Shown here one piece after another: positions 32,803 through 42,736 of a stretch of 64,000 nucleotides of DNA. Location: the NCBI GenBank assembly GCA_965217775.1, contig CBDCJH010000002.1, positions 864,001 through 928,000 on the forward strand, given 5' to 3'. The notes beneath the pieces are model-generated. The model had not been told where the DNA came from and ran no database searches. It was given only the letters and a program-made list of their open reading frames with translations. How positions within the stretch are numbered: position 1 is the first letter of the stretch; every line of letters begins with the position of its first letter. Made by a program: the position numbers and the translations under genes. The stretch comes from Acidobacteriota bacterium. GTDB taxonomy: Bacteria > Acidobacteriota > UBA6911 > RPQK01 > JAJDTT01.

Positions 32803-33945
32803 CTATCCCGGCTTGGCGAAGGTCAGAACCCGGCGCGGGTTCTCCACCATGATCTGATGGAGGGCCTCCTCCGGAGCCCCCAAGCGCCTCAACTCGGGCA
32901 GGACGAACTCCATCACGAAGGAAAATCCCATGCCTCCGTAGGTCTTCATCATGGTCTTGGTGCAGACGTCCTGCGAGAGGAGCAGCCGGTCCGCATATCC
33001 ATCGCGGATCAGTTGGACGATGGACCGGACCGTGTCGTAGTCGTGGACCCGTCCCAGCCGGGGGATCACCTCGCCCAAAAGGTCGAATTGGATATAGACC
33101 CCCCGCTCCAGCAGGCGCTTCATGTAGGGGATCTGGGTGGCGATGTGGTTGGAATGTCCGATGATGACCCGGTTCAGATCGGCGCCCTCCGCCTCCACCA
33201 TGTCCAGGACGGTGAATTTCCCCTCGCCCCGGCCGGCATGGTGAAAGGAAATGGCGGCTCCGGTGGCCCGGCTGGCGCGGGCGGCGGCACGGGTGCTCTT
33301 GAGCTCATTCGGATTGAGTGCCGTTCCCACGCCCACTTCACCGATGATGCCGGACTGGACCGCCGTGCCCTCGGCTCCGACGGTGATGTCTCGGATGATG
33401 ATCTCAGTCAGGTCCTCGACCGTACGGGAATCCATGTCCGGCGGATGAAAGCTGTGGGTGTACCAGCCTGCGCCCATGACGATGTGCAGGCCGGTGGCGT
33501 TGGACACTTGGAGCAGACCCGTAGGGTCGCGCCCCAGTCCGATGCTGGTGCAGTCCACGATCCCGCTGCCCCCCCAGCGCTTGAACTCCAGGACTTCGCG
33601 GATGGCCACGTCCACGTCGCCCAACAACATGTTGTCTTCGTTGGGCGAGACCCAGGAGCGAAGCCGGCTCAGATTCCGGAGGGAAACCGGTTCTTTGTAG
33701 TACGCCGCTTCAGTGGCTGTGAGCCCCTCCTTCGGCTTCCCGCGATAGTCGAGCAGGACGTGCTCGTGCATGATGGTGGGACCCACCTCGGCTGGATCGA
33801 CGGGACCCCTCACCGTCAGGATCTTTCCCGAAATGTCGGGAATGGCGTGACCGGCGCCACCGGCCACGGGAGCCCAGATCAATCCGGCAGCCACGAGTAG
33901 CCCGGCCACGAGCAAGAGTCGTCCTTGGAAAAGGGTCATAAGCAA
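32803..33945 (-). CDS. Phosphotriesterase-family protein
   Basis: MHEH, GIIGEVG, IGH, LLLSQD. Confidence 0.9.
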   Translation of the reverse strand: MLMTLFQGRLLLVAGLLVAAGLIWAPVAGGAGHAIPDISGKILTVRGPVDPAEVGPTIMHEHVLLDYRGKPKEGLTATEAAYYKEPVSLRNLSRLRSWVSPNEDNMLLGDVDVAIREVLEFKRWGGSGIVDCTSIGLGRDPTGLLQVSNATGLHIVMGAGWYTHSFHPPDMDSRTVEDLTEIIIRDITVGAEGTAVQSGIIGEVGVGTALNPNELKSTRAAARASRATGAAISFHHAGRGEGKFTVLDMVEAEGADLNRVIIGHSNHIATQIPYMKRLLERGVYIQFDLLGEVIPRLGRVHDYDTVRSIVQLIRDGYADRLLLSQDVCTKTMMKTYGGMGFSFVMEFVLPELRRLGAPEEALHQIMVENPRRVLTFAKPG

Positions 33946-34168
33946 CCTTCCTCAGTTTGGCTGAATCGTAGAATCCCGCAGGGCAAGTATCAAGCGATAT
34001 AGGACCTGGACTTCCCCAAATTTTTCAAGGTCGGGAGAACAAGAGGAGCAGGTTCAGGCGAGGATCGGGTCGAGGCGGTGCAATTCTCGTGTTTCGGCCA
34101 AACAAGAGCTGCTTGATCCCATCCGCAATGGCGTAGAAACGGAACTCGTTATGTGGTTAGCGACATAT

Positions 34169-34236
34169 TATGCGGGAGAACCGCACCTGTGGTTCGGAGG
34201 GAGGGGAGCCGGGTAACCGTGCTTCCCTACCCCTAT
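34169..34236 (+). mobile_element. Group II intron 3' remnant (partial DV plus DVI)
   Basis: TATGCGGGAGAACCGCACCTGTGGTTCGGAGGGAGGGG...CTTCCCTACCCCTAT; no RT ORF. Confidence 0.75.
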
Positions 34237-34335
34237 CGCCGGACCCGATCCACAACTGCGCCGATCGTGTTGACTCCTGACTCGATAGCCATTTAACATC
34301 CAACTGCAAACGACAATTTCCCGCTTCTATACCTG

Positions 34336-35613
34336 ATGGATCGCCGCAATTTCTTACAGGCAGGCTTGATGAGTTCGATCAGCACTGCCGCGCTCTGGGC
34401 CCAGAAAAAGGAAGGCGTCATGCCAACTACTCCTTCGCCGCCGTTCTCCGAGGAACGAAGCAAGCTGAAGATCACCGGTGTCCGTATGGTTCGCCCCAGG
34501 CCAAGACGACCGCTGCCCACCTACAAACCAGCTCCCGGCTCCTGGTCGACAGGTAACGTCGAAGTGGCGAATCCGATGTCTATCTATCCTGAATACAAGG
34601 CTCGTCGATCACTGTTCATGGCCCCGGACCTGGGGCCGTCGGCAGTAGAAATCACGACGGACAAGGGAGTTCGAGGGATTGGTTATGGGGGGCCAGGTGC
34701 GGGTTTTGTGATTGAGAAACACCTGGCTCAATTAATGGTCGACGAAGATCCGTTCAACCTGGAGCGACTTTGGGACATCATGTGGCGCTCGACGCTCTAC
34801 TACGGTCGCAAGGGAATGGTGGTGCACGCCATCAGCGCGGTAGACAACGCCCTTTGGGACCTCGTCGGTAACGCCCTGAAGATGCCCGTGTACCAACTCC
34901 TGGGAGGAGAAACCAAGTCACGCATTCCGAGTTATTGCACCGGTAACGATCTGGAACAGCACATCGAGTTTGGTTACACCAAGCTCAAGCTCGCGGTCCC
35001 CTACGGGCCGGCGGACGGCCTTCAGGGAATGAAGAAGAACGTGGAGTTGGTAGAGCGGGCGCGCAAGCTCCTGGGACCCAGTGGCGAGATCATGCTCGAC
35101 TGCTGGATGGCCCTCACCGAACGTTACACGCTCGAATTCGCCGAAGCTCTGGAGCCCTACCGTGTGTATTGGATGGAGGAGTGCTTGCCACCCGACAACT
35201 ACGCCGGCTTTGGACGCCTCAATGCTCAAATCAGCTCGACACGGATGGCCACCGGGGAACACGAGTACACACGCTACGGCTTCCAATTGCTTCTGGAATG
35301 CCAGGGGGCCGACATCTGGCAGCCGGATATGAACTGGTGCGGGGGGCTGACCGAATTGCGTCGAATCGGAGCCCTGGCTGCGACCCACGACATTCCCGTT
35401 ATTCCTCACGGTGGCTGGCGTGGAGGTGGTCCCCACTACATCATGGCCACGCCCAACAGCCCCTGGTGCGAGATGTTCCTGCCCTCACCCGGTGGCCCTG
35501 ATGAGGTCTACCAGCGATTCGAGGAAGAGAACAACATCAGCCGCGGCCCCGAGGGAATCTACATGCGACCCTCAGATCGGCCGGGTTTCGGATGGGACCT
35601 GGTTGTGGATTGA
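34336..35613 (+). CDS. Enolase superfamily dehydratase (L-rhamnonate dehydratase-like)
   Basis: MLDCWM, WMEE, TGEHE, IPH; Tat signal. Confidence 0.85.
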   Translation: MDRRNFLQAGLMSSISTAALWAQKKEGVMPTTPSPPFSEERSKLKITGVRMVRPRPRRPLPTYKPAPGSWSTGNVEVANPMSIYPEYKARRSLFMAPDLGPSAVEITTDKGVRGIGYGGPGAGFVIEKHLAQLMVDEDPFNLERLWDIMWRSTLYYGRKGMVVHAISAVDNALWDLVGNALKMPVYQLLGGETKSRIPSYCTGNDLEQHIEFGYTKLKLAVPYGPADGLQGMKKNVELVERARKLLGPSGEIMLDCWMALTERYTLEFAEALEPYRVYWMEECLPPDNYAGFGRLNAQISSTRMATGEHEYTRYGFQLLLECQGADIWQPDMNWCGGLTELRRIGALAATHDIPVIPHGGWRGGGPHYIMATPNSPWCEMFLPSPGGPDEVYQRFEEENNISRGPEGIYMRPSDRPGFGWDLVVD

Positions 35614-35895
35614 TACAGCAGCCAGCACCGACGGTCCCGGACTCGAGCCTCGCATCAGTTGAACGTCGTACTCGTCGCTCGGTCGTAAGCCCTGTCAGGA
35701 TGGCGCTGGCGACGCCTCGCCGCGCACACCTGTAGTTCCTTGGTCGAGAAAAAGTTCACAAACTGGTCAAGTTGTGGAATACAAGAGAAAGTCTCGGGAC
35801 CTTGAGGGAACACTCGTAGAGATCGTGCTGACGCAGAACCGGCAGATTAGAGGGGTCTTTGCGAGGCAGGAGCCGCTGCAAGTCGTTGAAAAGAT

Positions 35896-35933
<38 letters not shown>

Positions 35934-36018
35934 CTTTCAGTCCTCCTTACTATCTCCGATTTGCTCACGGCTTCTTGTGCGATGGACTCCACGTGACCAG
36001 TTGGTTGCTCGAATCGCA

Positions 36019-39000
36019 ATGACGAAAATCTGGGTTCCCTTGTTCGTTTTGTTGCTGTTGCCCGCCTCCTATTCGGAGCAGAGACCCGCTGAGCGGTTGG
36101 AGACCGCTCAGCCCCCGTTCGATGATTCCATTCAATACCAGACTCAGGAGCCGGAGGAGCCGACTCTGTACTTCCCGGATTACGTGGACGGAGGCGGATG
36201 GTCCGTCCAGTTGGCGCTCAGCAATGTCGACCCGGACACAGCCGCCGAGGTAGTCGTTGAAGTCTACGACCAGGACGGCGGGTCGATCGTGGATCTGTTC
36301 GACACGGGATTGACCTTCGAGATCCCGCCCCTGGGCAGCCGAGTGTTGAAGAGCTCGGGCACGGGGGCGATTCGACGTGGCTGGATTCAGGTCCGGACCG
36401 GGACGGACTCGGTCAGTGGGCTGTTGACCTACAGGGAGGGAACGACCGGGATCGAGGTGAGCGTGGAACCGGCCGAGCTGGGCGACCTTTTCGCCCTGTT
36501 CGTCGAGGAGTCGGCCGACGTGGGCGCCGGCGTGGCGGTGTTCAAGCCGGAGGCCCCGCCCAGCATCCAGCTCCGAGTCCGCGACGACGAGGGAGACGAC
36601 CCGTTGGATGGGGCGTTCGTCTCCCGGGGAAACTTTCACCAAGACGCGCTCACGCTTCCGGAATGGTTCACCGCAGAAGGCATCGACAAGGGATTCGCGA
36701 GCGACTTCCGGGGTCTCCTGCTGCTACAGACCGAGGACGAATCGCTCTTCGCCCCGCTGGGGTTGCGGTTCGGCAAGAGAAACCAATCGCTTTCGTCGGT
36801 TCCCGCCATTCGGGATGAGACTCCGGAGCCGACGGAGACGACCCTGTACTTCCCGGACTACGTGGACGGAAGCGGCTGGTCCGTGCAGTTGGCGCTTAGC
36901 AACGTCGACGCCGAGAACGCCGCCGATATCCGCGTGGAGGTGTTCGACCAACCCGGCCAACGGGTCTCGGACCTGTTCGATTCCGAATCGGCGTTCGAGA
37001 TCCCGTCGCTGGGCAGCCGGGTGCTGCGGAGCGCAGGCGCGGGGTCGATCCGGCGCGGCTGGATCGAGGTGGAGTCAGATTCGGCGTCGGTCAGCGGGTT
37101 GTTGACCTACCGGCAGTCCGAGACGGGAGTCGAGGTCAGCGTGAAGCCGGTGGAGTTGGGAAGCCAATTCGCCCTGTTCGTGGAGGAATCGTCAGCGATC
37201 GGCGCCGGGGTGGCCATCTTCAAACCGGATGCTGCCCCGAATGTCGAGCTGCGGATTCGGGACGAAGAGGGAAACGACCCGTTGAACGGGGTGTTCATCC
37301 CCCGGGGAGACTTTCACCAAGAGGCGCTCACGCTGCCGGAATGGCTCGCCGTGGTGAATACGGGATTCCTGAGCGACTTCCGAGGTCTGCTGTTCATTCG
37401 ATCGGAGGACGATTCGCAATTCGCCCCGCTGGGCTTGCGATTCGGGAAGACGAACTCGTCGCTCTCGTCGGTGCCGGCGATCCGGATCAGGGACGAAGGC
37501 GGGACTGGCGGCCAGACTCCTGCGCCGACAGTGACGCTGTCGGTTGCTCCGAGCTTGATTAATTTGGGCGAGAGCGCCACGTTGACGTGGTCCTCGACGA
37601 ATGCGGAGAGCGTGGAGATCACACCGGACCTCGGCACAGTCCCGGCAGCGGGCTCGCGAAAGGTGTCGCCGCGCACGACGACGACGTACCGAATCACGGT
37701 GCGCGGCGCCGACGGCCAGACGCGGACGGCATCCGTTACGGTCAGAGTGGCTGTAATAGTGGTCTCCCAGCGGGACGCGCTGACGGCGCTCTACCAATCC
37801 ACCGGCGGACCCGATTGGTATGACAGCGGGAGCTGGGGGACCAGCCGGCCTCTCAGGGATTGGCATGGGATCACCGTAGATGATCAGGGACGCGTGACGG
37901 AGTTAAATCTCTATCGCAATGGTCTGGGCGGGCCCATACCGCCCGAGCTCGGCAGCCTCACAAGCCTGAGGGAACTGGATCTCGGGGATAACGGCCTCAC
38001 GGGATCGATCCCGTCCGAGCTCGGCAACCTCACAAACCTGACGAGGTTGCGTCTCCTCGACAACCATCTCACGGGGCCGATCCCGCCCGAACTCGGCAAC
38101 CTCACAAGCCTGAGGACGCTGGATCTCGGGGAAAACCGCCTCACGGGACCGATCCCGCCCGAGCTCGGCAACCTCACAAACCTGAGGGATCTGCTTCTCG
38201 GGAGAAACGGCCTCGCGGGATCGATCCCGCCCGAGCTCGGCGACCTCACAAACCTGACGGAACTGCGGCTCGACGGGAACGATCTGACGGGGCCGATCCC
38301 GCCCGAACTCGGCTACCTCACAAACCTGACGGAACTGCGGCTCGAAGAAAACCATCTCACGGGGACGATCCCACGCGAACTCGGCGATCTCACGCGCCTG
38401 AGGGAACTGCCGCTTGCGGGGAACCAGCTCACGGGACCGATCCCGCCCGAACTCGGCAACCTCACGAACCTGACGGAGCTGAATCTCGGGCAGAACGATC
38501 TCACGGGACCGATCCCTCCTGAACTCGTCAACCTCACAAGCCTGACGGAACTGAATCTCTCGGGGAACTCCGGCATGGCGGGGATCCTTCCAACCGAATT
38601 GACTGGTCTTGGCCGGCTCAGAACGCTATTGGCCGGCGGAACGGATCTTTGCGCACCCTCGAATCCCGACTTCCAGACTTGGATCGAAGGCATCTACCGG
38701 CTGCGGGTTGCTACTTGTGCGAATGATAGCGCAGCCAATGCATACCTCACCCAGACGGTGCAGTCACGCGAGTATCCGGTTCCGCTGGTCGCCGGAGAGA
38801 AGGCGCTGCTGCGGGTTTTCGTCACCGCCGCGAGTCCCACGACGGCGGGCATCCCTCCCGTTCGAGCCCGGTTCTACGTGGACGGAACGGAGATCCATGT
38901 GGCCGACATTCCGGCGCGTACGGCGTCCATCACAACCGAGGTTTACGAGGGAGAACTCTCACGATCGTCCAACGCCGAGATCCCCGGCGAGATCGTGCGG

Positions 39001-40245
39001 CCGGGTCTTGAGATGGTCGTCGAGATCGACCCGGAAGGAACGCTGGATTCCGGTCTCGTGATGGAAAGTCGGATCCCGGACACGGGCCGCATGGCGGTCG
39101 ATGTGCGGGAGATGCCCGCGCTCCACCTGACGGTGATTCCCTTCCTATGGAGCGCCAATCCCCATCGGGCGGTCGTGGAAACAGCCGAGGCTATGGAGGC
39201 GGACCCGGAGGGCCATGAGCTACTGTGGAAGACTCGTACGCTGCTGCCGATAAAAGACCTCGAAGTGACGGCCCACGCACCCGTGATGACTTCGAATTCG
39301 CCCGACGAATTTTACTCGCTATTCGAGGAGACGGAAGCGATTCGGGCCATGGAGGGCGGGAGCGGCCACTACATGGGCACAATGTCGAACCCGGGTAAGG
39401 TAGGGCGGGCAGGATCGGCGACCATCGGCGGACGGGTGTTCATCTCGAGACTAAACCCGTTTACCATAGCTCACGAACTCGGCCACCTCATGAGCCTCTA
39501 CCACGCTCCCTGCGGGGGCGCAGGGGGACCGGACCCGGCGTTTCCCTCCCCGGGCGGATCGATCGGTGCCTGGGGGTACGACTTCCGCTATGGGGGCACA
39601 TTGACGTCACCAAGCAGGCCGGACATTATGTCCTACTGCGTCCCTGCGTGGATCAGCGACTATCACTTCGCCAACGCACTCCGCTTTCGCCTCTTCGACG
39701 AGGGGCCGCCCCGGCCGGCGAGCCTGATCGCTCAGGACGAGAGACCGCCCCGGCCGGCGAGCCTGATCGCTCAAGAAGCAAAGTCCCTCCTCCTATGGGG
39801 TGGGATGGATGCGGAGGGCCAACTCTTCCTCAACCCATCCTTCGTCGTCGATGCCTCCACTACGCTGCCCAGGGCCACCGGTGAGCACCGGATCATCGGG
39901 CGGAGCGGTAGCGGCGACGAGCTCTTTTCCGTCGGCTTCACCATGCCCGACGTGGCCGACGGTGACGGGAGATCATCCTTCGCCTTCGTCCTCCCGGTTG
40001 AGCCCGGCTGGGCGGTCAGCCTGGCAAGCATCACGCTCTCCGGGCCCGGTGGGTCGGTGACGCTCGACAGCGACACCGATATCCCCCTGTTTATCCTGGT
40101 CGATCCGAACACCAGGCAGGTGAGAGGAATCCTGCGCGACCTGCCTCAGGCAGGCGCGTCGGCGCTCGTCCATCAAGCAGGCACCGACCGTCTCGATGTG
40201 CTCTTCAGCCGCGGGATCCCCGACGCCGCAGCGTGGGGTCCGTGA
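36019..40245 (+). CDS. Large secreted protein: two tandem ~220-aa repeats, Ig-like domain, plant-type LRRs, zinc metalloprotease
   Basis: Signal peptide; LYFPDYVDGxGWSVQLALSN twice; about 10 LTGPIPPELGNLTNL 24-aa repeats; HELGHLMSLYH and DIMSY Met-turn. Confidence 0.85.
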   Translation: MTKIWVPLFVLLLLPASYSEQRPAERLETAQPPFDDSIQYQTQEPEEPTLYFPDYVDGGGWSVQLALSNVDPDTAAEVVVEVYDQDGGSIVDLFDTGLTFEIPPLGSRVLKSSGTGAIRRGWIQVRTGTDSVSGLLTYREGTTGIEVSVEPAELGDLFALFVEESADVGAGVAVFKPEAPPSIQLRVRDDEGDDPLDGAFVSRGNFHQDALTLPEWFTAEGIDKGFASDFRGLLLLQTEDESLFAPLGLRFGKRNQSLSSVPAIRDETPEPTETTLYFPDYVDGSGWSVQLALSNVDAENAADIRVEVFDQPGQRVSDLFDSESAFEIPSLGSRVLRSAGAGSIRRGWIEVESDSASVSGLLTYRQSETGVEVSVKPVELGSQFALFVEESSAIGAGVAIFKPDAAPNVELRIRDEEGNDPLNGVFIPRGDFHQEALTLPEWLAVVNTGFLSDFRGLLFIRSEDDSQFAPLGLRFGKTNSSLSSVPAIRIRDEGGTGGQTPAPTVTLSVAPSLINLGESATLTWSSTNAESVEITPDLGTVPAAGSRKVSPRTTTTYRITVRGADGQTRTASVTVRVAVIVVSQRDALTALYQSTGGPDWYDSGSWGTSRPLRDWHGITVDDQGRVTELNLYRNGLGGPIPPELGSLTSLRELDLGDNGLTGSIPSELGNLTNLTRLRLLDNHLTGPIPPELGNLTSLRTLDLGENRLTGPIPPELGNLTNLRDLLLGRNGLAGSIPPELGDLTNLTELRLDGNDLTGPIPPELGYLTNLTELRLEENHLTGTIPRELGDLTRLRELPLAGNQLTGPIPPELGNLTNLTELNLGQNDLTGPIPPELVNLTSLTELNLSGNSGMAGILPTELTGLGRLRTLLAGGTDLCAPSNPDFQTWIEGIYRLRVATCANDSAANAYLTQTVQSREYPVPLVAGEKALLRVFVTAASPTTAGIPPVRARFYVDGTEIHVADIPARTASITTEVYEGELSRSSNAEIPGEIVRPGLEMVVEIDPEGTLDSGLVMESRIPDTGRMAVDVREMPALHLTVIPFLWSANPHRAVVETAEAMEADPEGHELLWKTRTLLPIKDLEVTAHAPVMTSNSPDEFYSLFEETEAIRAMEGGSGHYMGTMSNPGKVGRAGSATIGGRVFISRLNPFTIAHELGHLMSLYHAPCGGAGGPDPAFPSPGGSIGAWGYDFRYGGTLTSPSRPDIMSYCVPAWISDYHFANALRFRLFDEGPPRPASLIAQDERPPRPASLIAQEAKSLLLWGGMDAEGQLFLNPSFVVDASTTLPRATGEHRIIGRSGSGDELFSVGFTMPDVADGDGRSSFAFVLPVEPGWAVSLASITLSGPGGSVTLDSDTDIPLFILVDPNTRQVRGILRDLPQAGASALVHQAGTDRLDVLFSRGIPDAAAWGP

Positions 40246-40439
40246 AGGATCGGTCGGTCAGGCGACCATCGTTTCGCGCTCGGTGACGATCTGTGCCGCG
40301 GCTGTTTTTGGCGTGGCCGACAGGCCCAAGCTCAAAATCAGGGTCTGCAGACGAGTCATGGATCGCGGCCGGAAAGATGCAAGATCTTCGGGGAGTGGAC
40401 TGACATCCGGAACGGGTCCTTCAGGTTGACGGTCGCGGC

Positions 40440-40540
40440 GGCTCGTCAGCCGGGCACCCCACGCACATGACGCCTCACTCCTTCTGCGTCATCGTCGTTA
40501 CCGCCCTGCTGTCCCAGAAGGTACCCGCCGAGGAGGTCCC
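40440..40540 (+). pseudogene. Tyrosine recombinase C-terminal fragment (second copy)
   Basis: Diverged DNA repeat of about 47815-47915 (TPHSF.V.VVTALLSQKVP). Confidence 0.65.
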
Positions 40541-41037
40541 GTCAGCCGGATCAGCCGGACCGAATACGTGACTGTCCCCTTTTCGCCCCGCGCATGAGGC
40601 GCCGCCGGGGCGGGTTGGAGGACTTCATTCTCCGCAGTCGGAAGATCCTGACTCCGATGAGGGGACCTATGCCGGAATGAAACCAGGGAGGGTGGTGGAA
40701 TAGAATATCTAACAGGCTGGCTCTTCCTCCGGCATAGGTCGAGTTGGCTTAGAGCCTGCCGGGTGCTGCTACACTTGGCGGGCTCGCCTTCGGGAAACCA
40801 AGAATACCGCAGGGGAAAACTCAGGACAAGAAACGACCGATTGGGTTGGCGGCCTAAACCTTCTGCCCCGGCGGCCGGCCCGCGCCCAGTTGTCACTCGG
40901 GTTCCCCTCTGAACTGTTCTCGACAGGTCATCGCTGTGGTTTCCGTGCTCTTCCTCCGGAACGACACCCATAGATGTGATTTTTCCGCTGGAATGGGCTC
41001 ACCGAGGCCAGGAGTGGAGGGCGGTTCGGGACCAGAT

Positions 41038-41553
41038 CTATTGTGGAGCTTCGTAGACCACGATGGTCTCGCTCTTCGTGCCAGCATCGGCAGCTGCGCC
41101 GATTCCGGCTCCAATTGCTGTTGCAAGCCCAATTGTTATCAAGGTTCCCACCAACAATTGGCCCCCACTAGCGTCAACAGTTCCGCTAGTGGCAATTCCG
41201 ATAAAAGATACCCCGGCTCCCACTGCGGCTCCCACTGTGGCTCCCACTTCGGCTCCGTTGCCCCCGCCATCCTGCTTCCCAGTTGTAATGGTCTGGATGT
41301 CCACTTTCGGAACGACCGCCCGAGCGGAGCGGGTCTCGATGTCCACCTCTGACTCTGACAGGCCTTCTAATTCCCCTTCGACCCGATCCCCGTTCTTGAA
41401 CTCCACTATAATAGGTGTTCCCAACTCCAGGTCGGAGACCTTCTCCCACCTCCCTGGGATCACCTCCGCATGTGCTGGCATGGAGATCAATCCGGCCAGA
41501 ATCAAAGAGACGATTTGGATCCGGCCTGGTTTCATTGTCTGGGATATCATCAC
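41038..41553 (-). CDS. Secreted/membrane protein with glycine zipper
   Basis: Signal peptide, small beta domain, GATVGAAVGAG and GAGIGAAAD. Confidence 0.7.
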   Translation of the reverse strand: MMISQTMKPGRIQIVSLILAGLISMPAHAEVIPGRWEKVSDLELGTPIIVEFKNGDRVEGELEGLSESEVDIETRSARAVVPKVDIQTITTGKQDGGGNGAEVGATVGAAVGAGVSFIGIATSGTVDASGGQLLVGTLITIGLATAIGAGIGAAADAGTKSETIVVYEAPQ

Positions 41554-41744
41554 GGCACCTCCTTCTGCCCGGGTCTCCTGCCCCCGACGGGACATCCCCA
41601 CAGAGGGCAGGAGGTACGCATCAGGAAATGTGATTTTGTCGCCGGGATGGGCTCACCGGGTTGGAAACAAGGGGAGATCGAGCGCCCCGGCCGACGGAGA
41701 ATATGGGAAGTCAGGGGGGTGGATCAGGCTCCAATAAGTTGATC

Positions 41745-42017
41745 TTATTGGACTCTGGCTCCTCTTGGAGGAGTCTCAAGCGGCATGCTCTTCCGGTCCA
41801 TCGCCCAGCCCGCCGCATATCCGAGTGCCCCTCCCCCGGCGGTGCTGCCGATCAGGGCAACCGCATTCCATCCATTTAAGGATTCACCAAAGGGACGCGA
41901 CGATCCCGCGATCCAAAGCCCTCCAACGATTCCGGTCACCAAACCGACCGTGAAGAGAATCTTTCGGTTCTTCGATCCTTCCGTCCAGCGCACGGTGGAA
42001 ATCCGCCCATCTGTCAC
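41745..42017 (-). CDS. Small glycine-rich membrane protein (possibly a fragment)
   Basis: Two hydrophobic Gly-rich helices. Confidence 0.4.
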   Translation of the reverse strand: MTDGRISTVRWTEGSKNRKILFTVGLVTGIVGGLWIAGSSRPFGESLNGWNAVALIGSTAGGGALGYAAGWAMDRKSMPLETPPRGARVQ

Positions 42018-42105
42018 GCAGCCAACACCAAAATGTTCTCAAGCACTCCTGAATCTCGCCGCTGTGGATGTCGTTCAAGCCGTCTCTCGCCTCTCTTCGG
42101 TTAAA

Positions 42106-42414
42106 TCAAGCGGAGGGCTCTTCAGGCCAGGGATCGACCACCCGGAAATCCAGCCGCCGTACCAGAGACCGGTTCCAGAACTCATTGACCTTAGACATCA
42201 AGGGTTGAGCCATCCCCTGGAGCACCCGCTCCCACTCGCGACCGGAGACGCCGATCTCCAGAGTGCGGTTGCGCAGACGTAGCGGCGGCGTCGATTTCGC
42301 CAATCCATCCCCCACGATCCGGGGCCAGAACTCCTTCAGGAAGATCACCGCCACCTCTTCATCCCGGATCACCTCCTGCACCCACAGGAGGAACAGCGGA
42401 CCCACCACCCTCAT
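42106..42414 (-). CDS. DUF721/DciA-like protein
   Basis: WPRIVG..LA..T.P..L....L.IGV...W...L pattern. Confidence 0.65.
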   Translation of the reverse strand: MRVVGPLFLLWVQEVIRDEEVAVIFLKEFWPRIVGDGLAKSTPPLRLRNRTLEIGVSGREWERVLQGMAQPLMSKVNEFWNRSLVRRLDFRVVDPWPEEPSA

Positions 42415-42736
42415 TGCGGTCGCTCGTGGGTTCCCCAACGGGGACGTCAAGGTCTGCCTTTGGCCTTGAGCTCCAGACTCCGACGGTCGCATGCTTTCGG
42501 CAGTCTAGCAAAAGATCCTGGGAGGTCCTCCGGTCGGCCGGGCTAAGGGGGGGCGAAGAGAACTTTCCCGGTCGGAATCATGGAGGGTCTCGGGGACCTC
42601 CCCGAAACGCTCGTAGTCCTGGGAACCTAGTCTGACTCGAAAGTCTCAGCATCGAGCATAGGTTCGCTCAATGCTCATGGCCGCGCGTTTCCTCTTCGGG
42701 AACGGTATCATCACAGCGGAGAAGGGGGACGGACAC

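Noticed and set aside
37920-38640. 72-bp tandem repeats as a CRISPR-like or DGR array
   Set aside because: In-frame LRR coding repeats; no reverse transcriptase in the window
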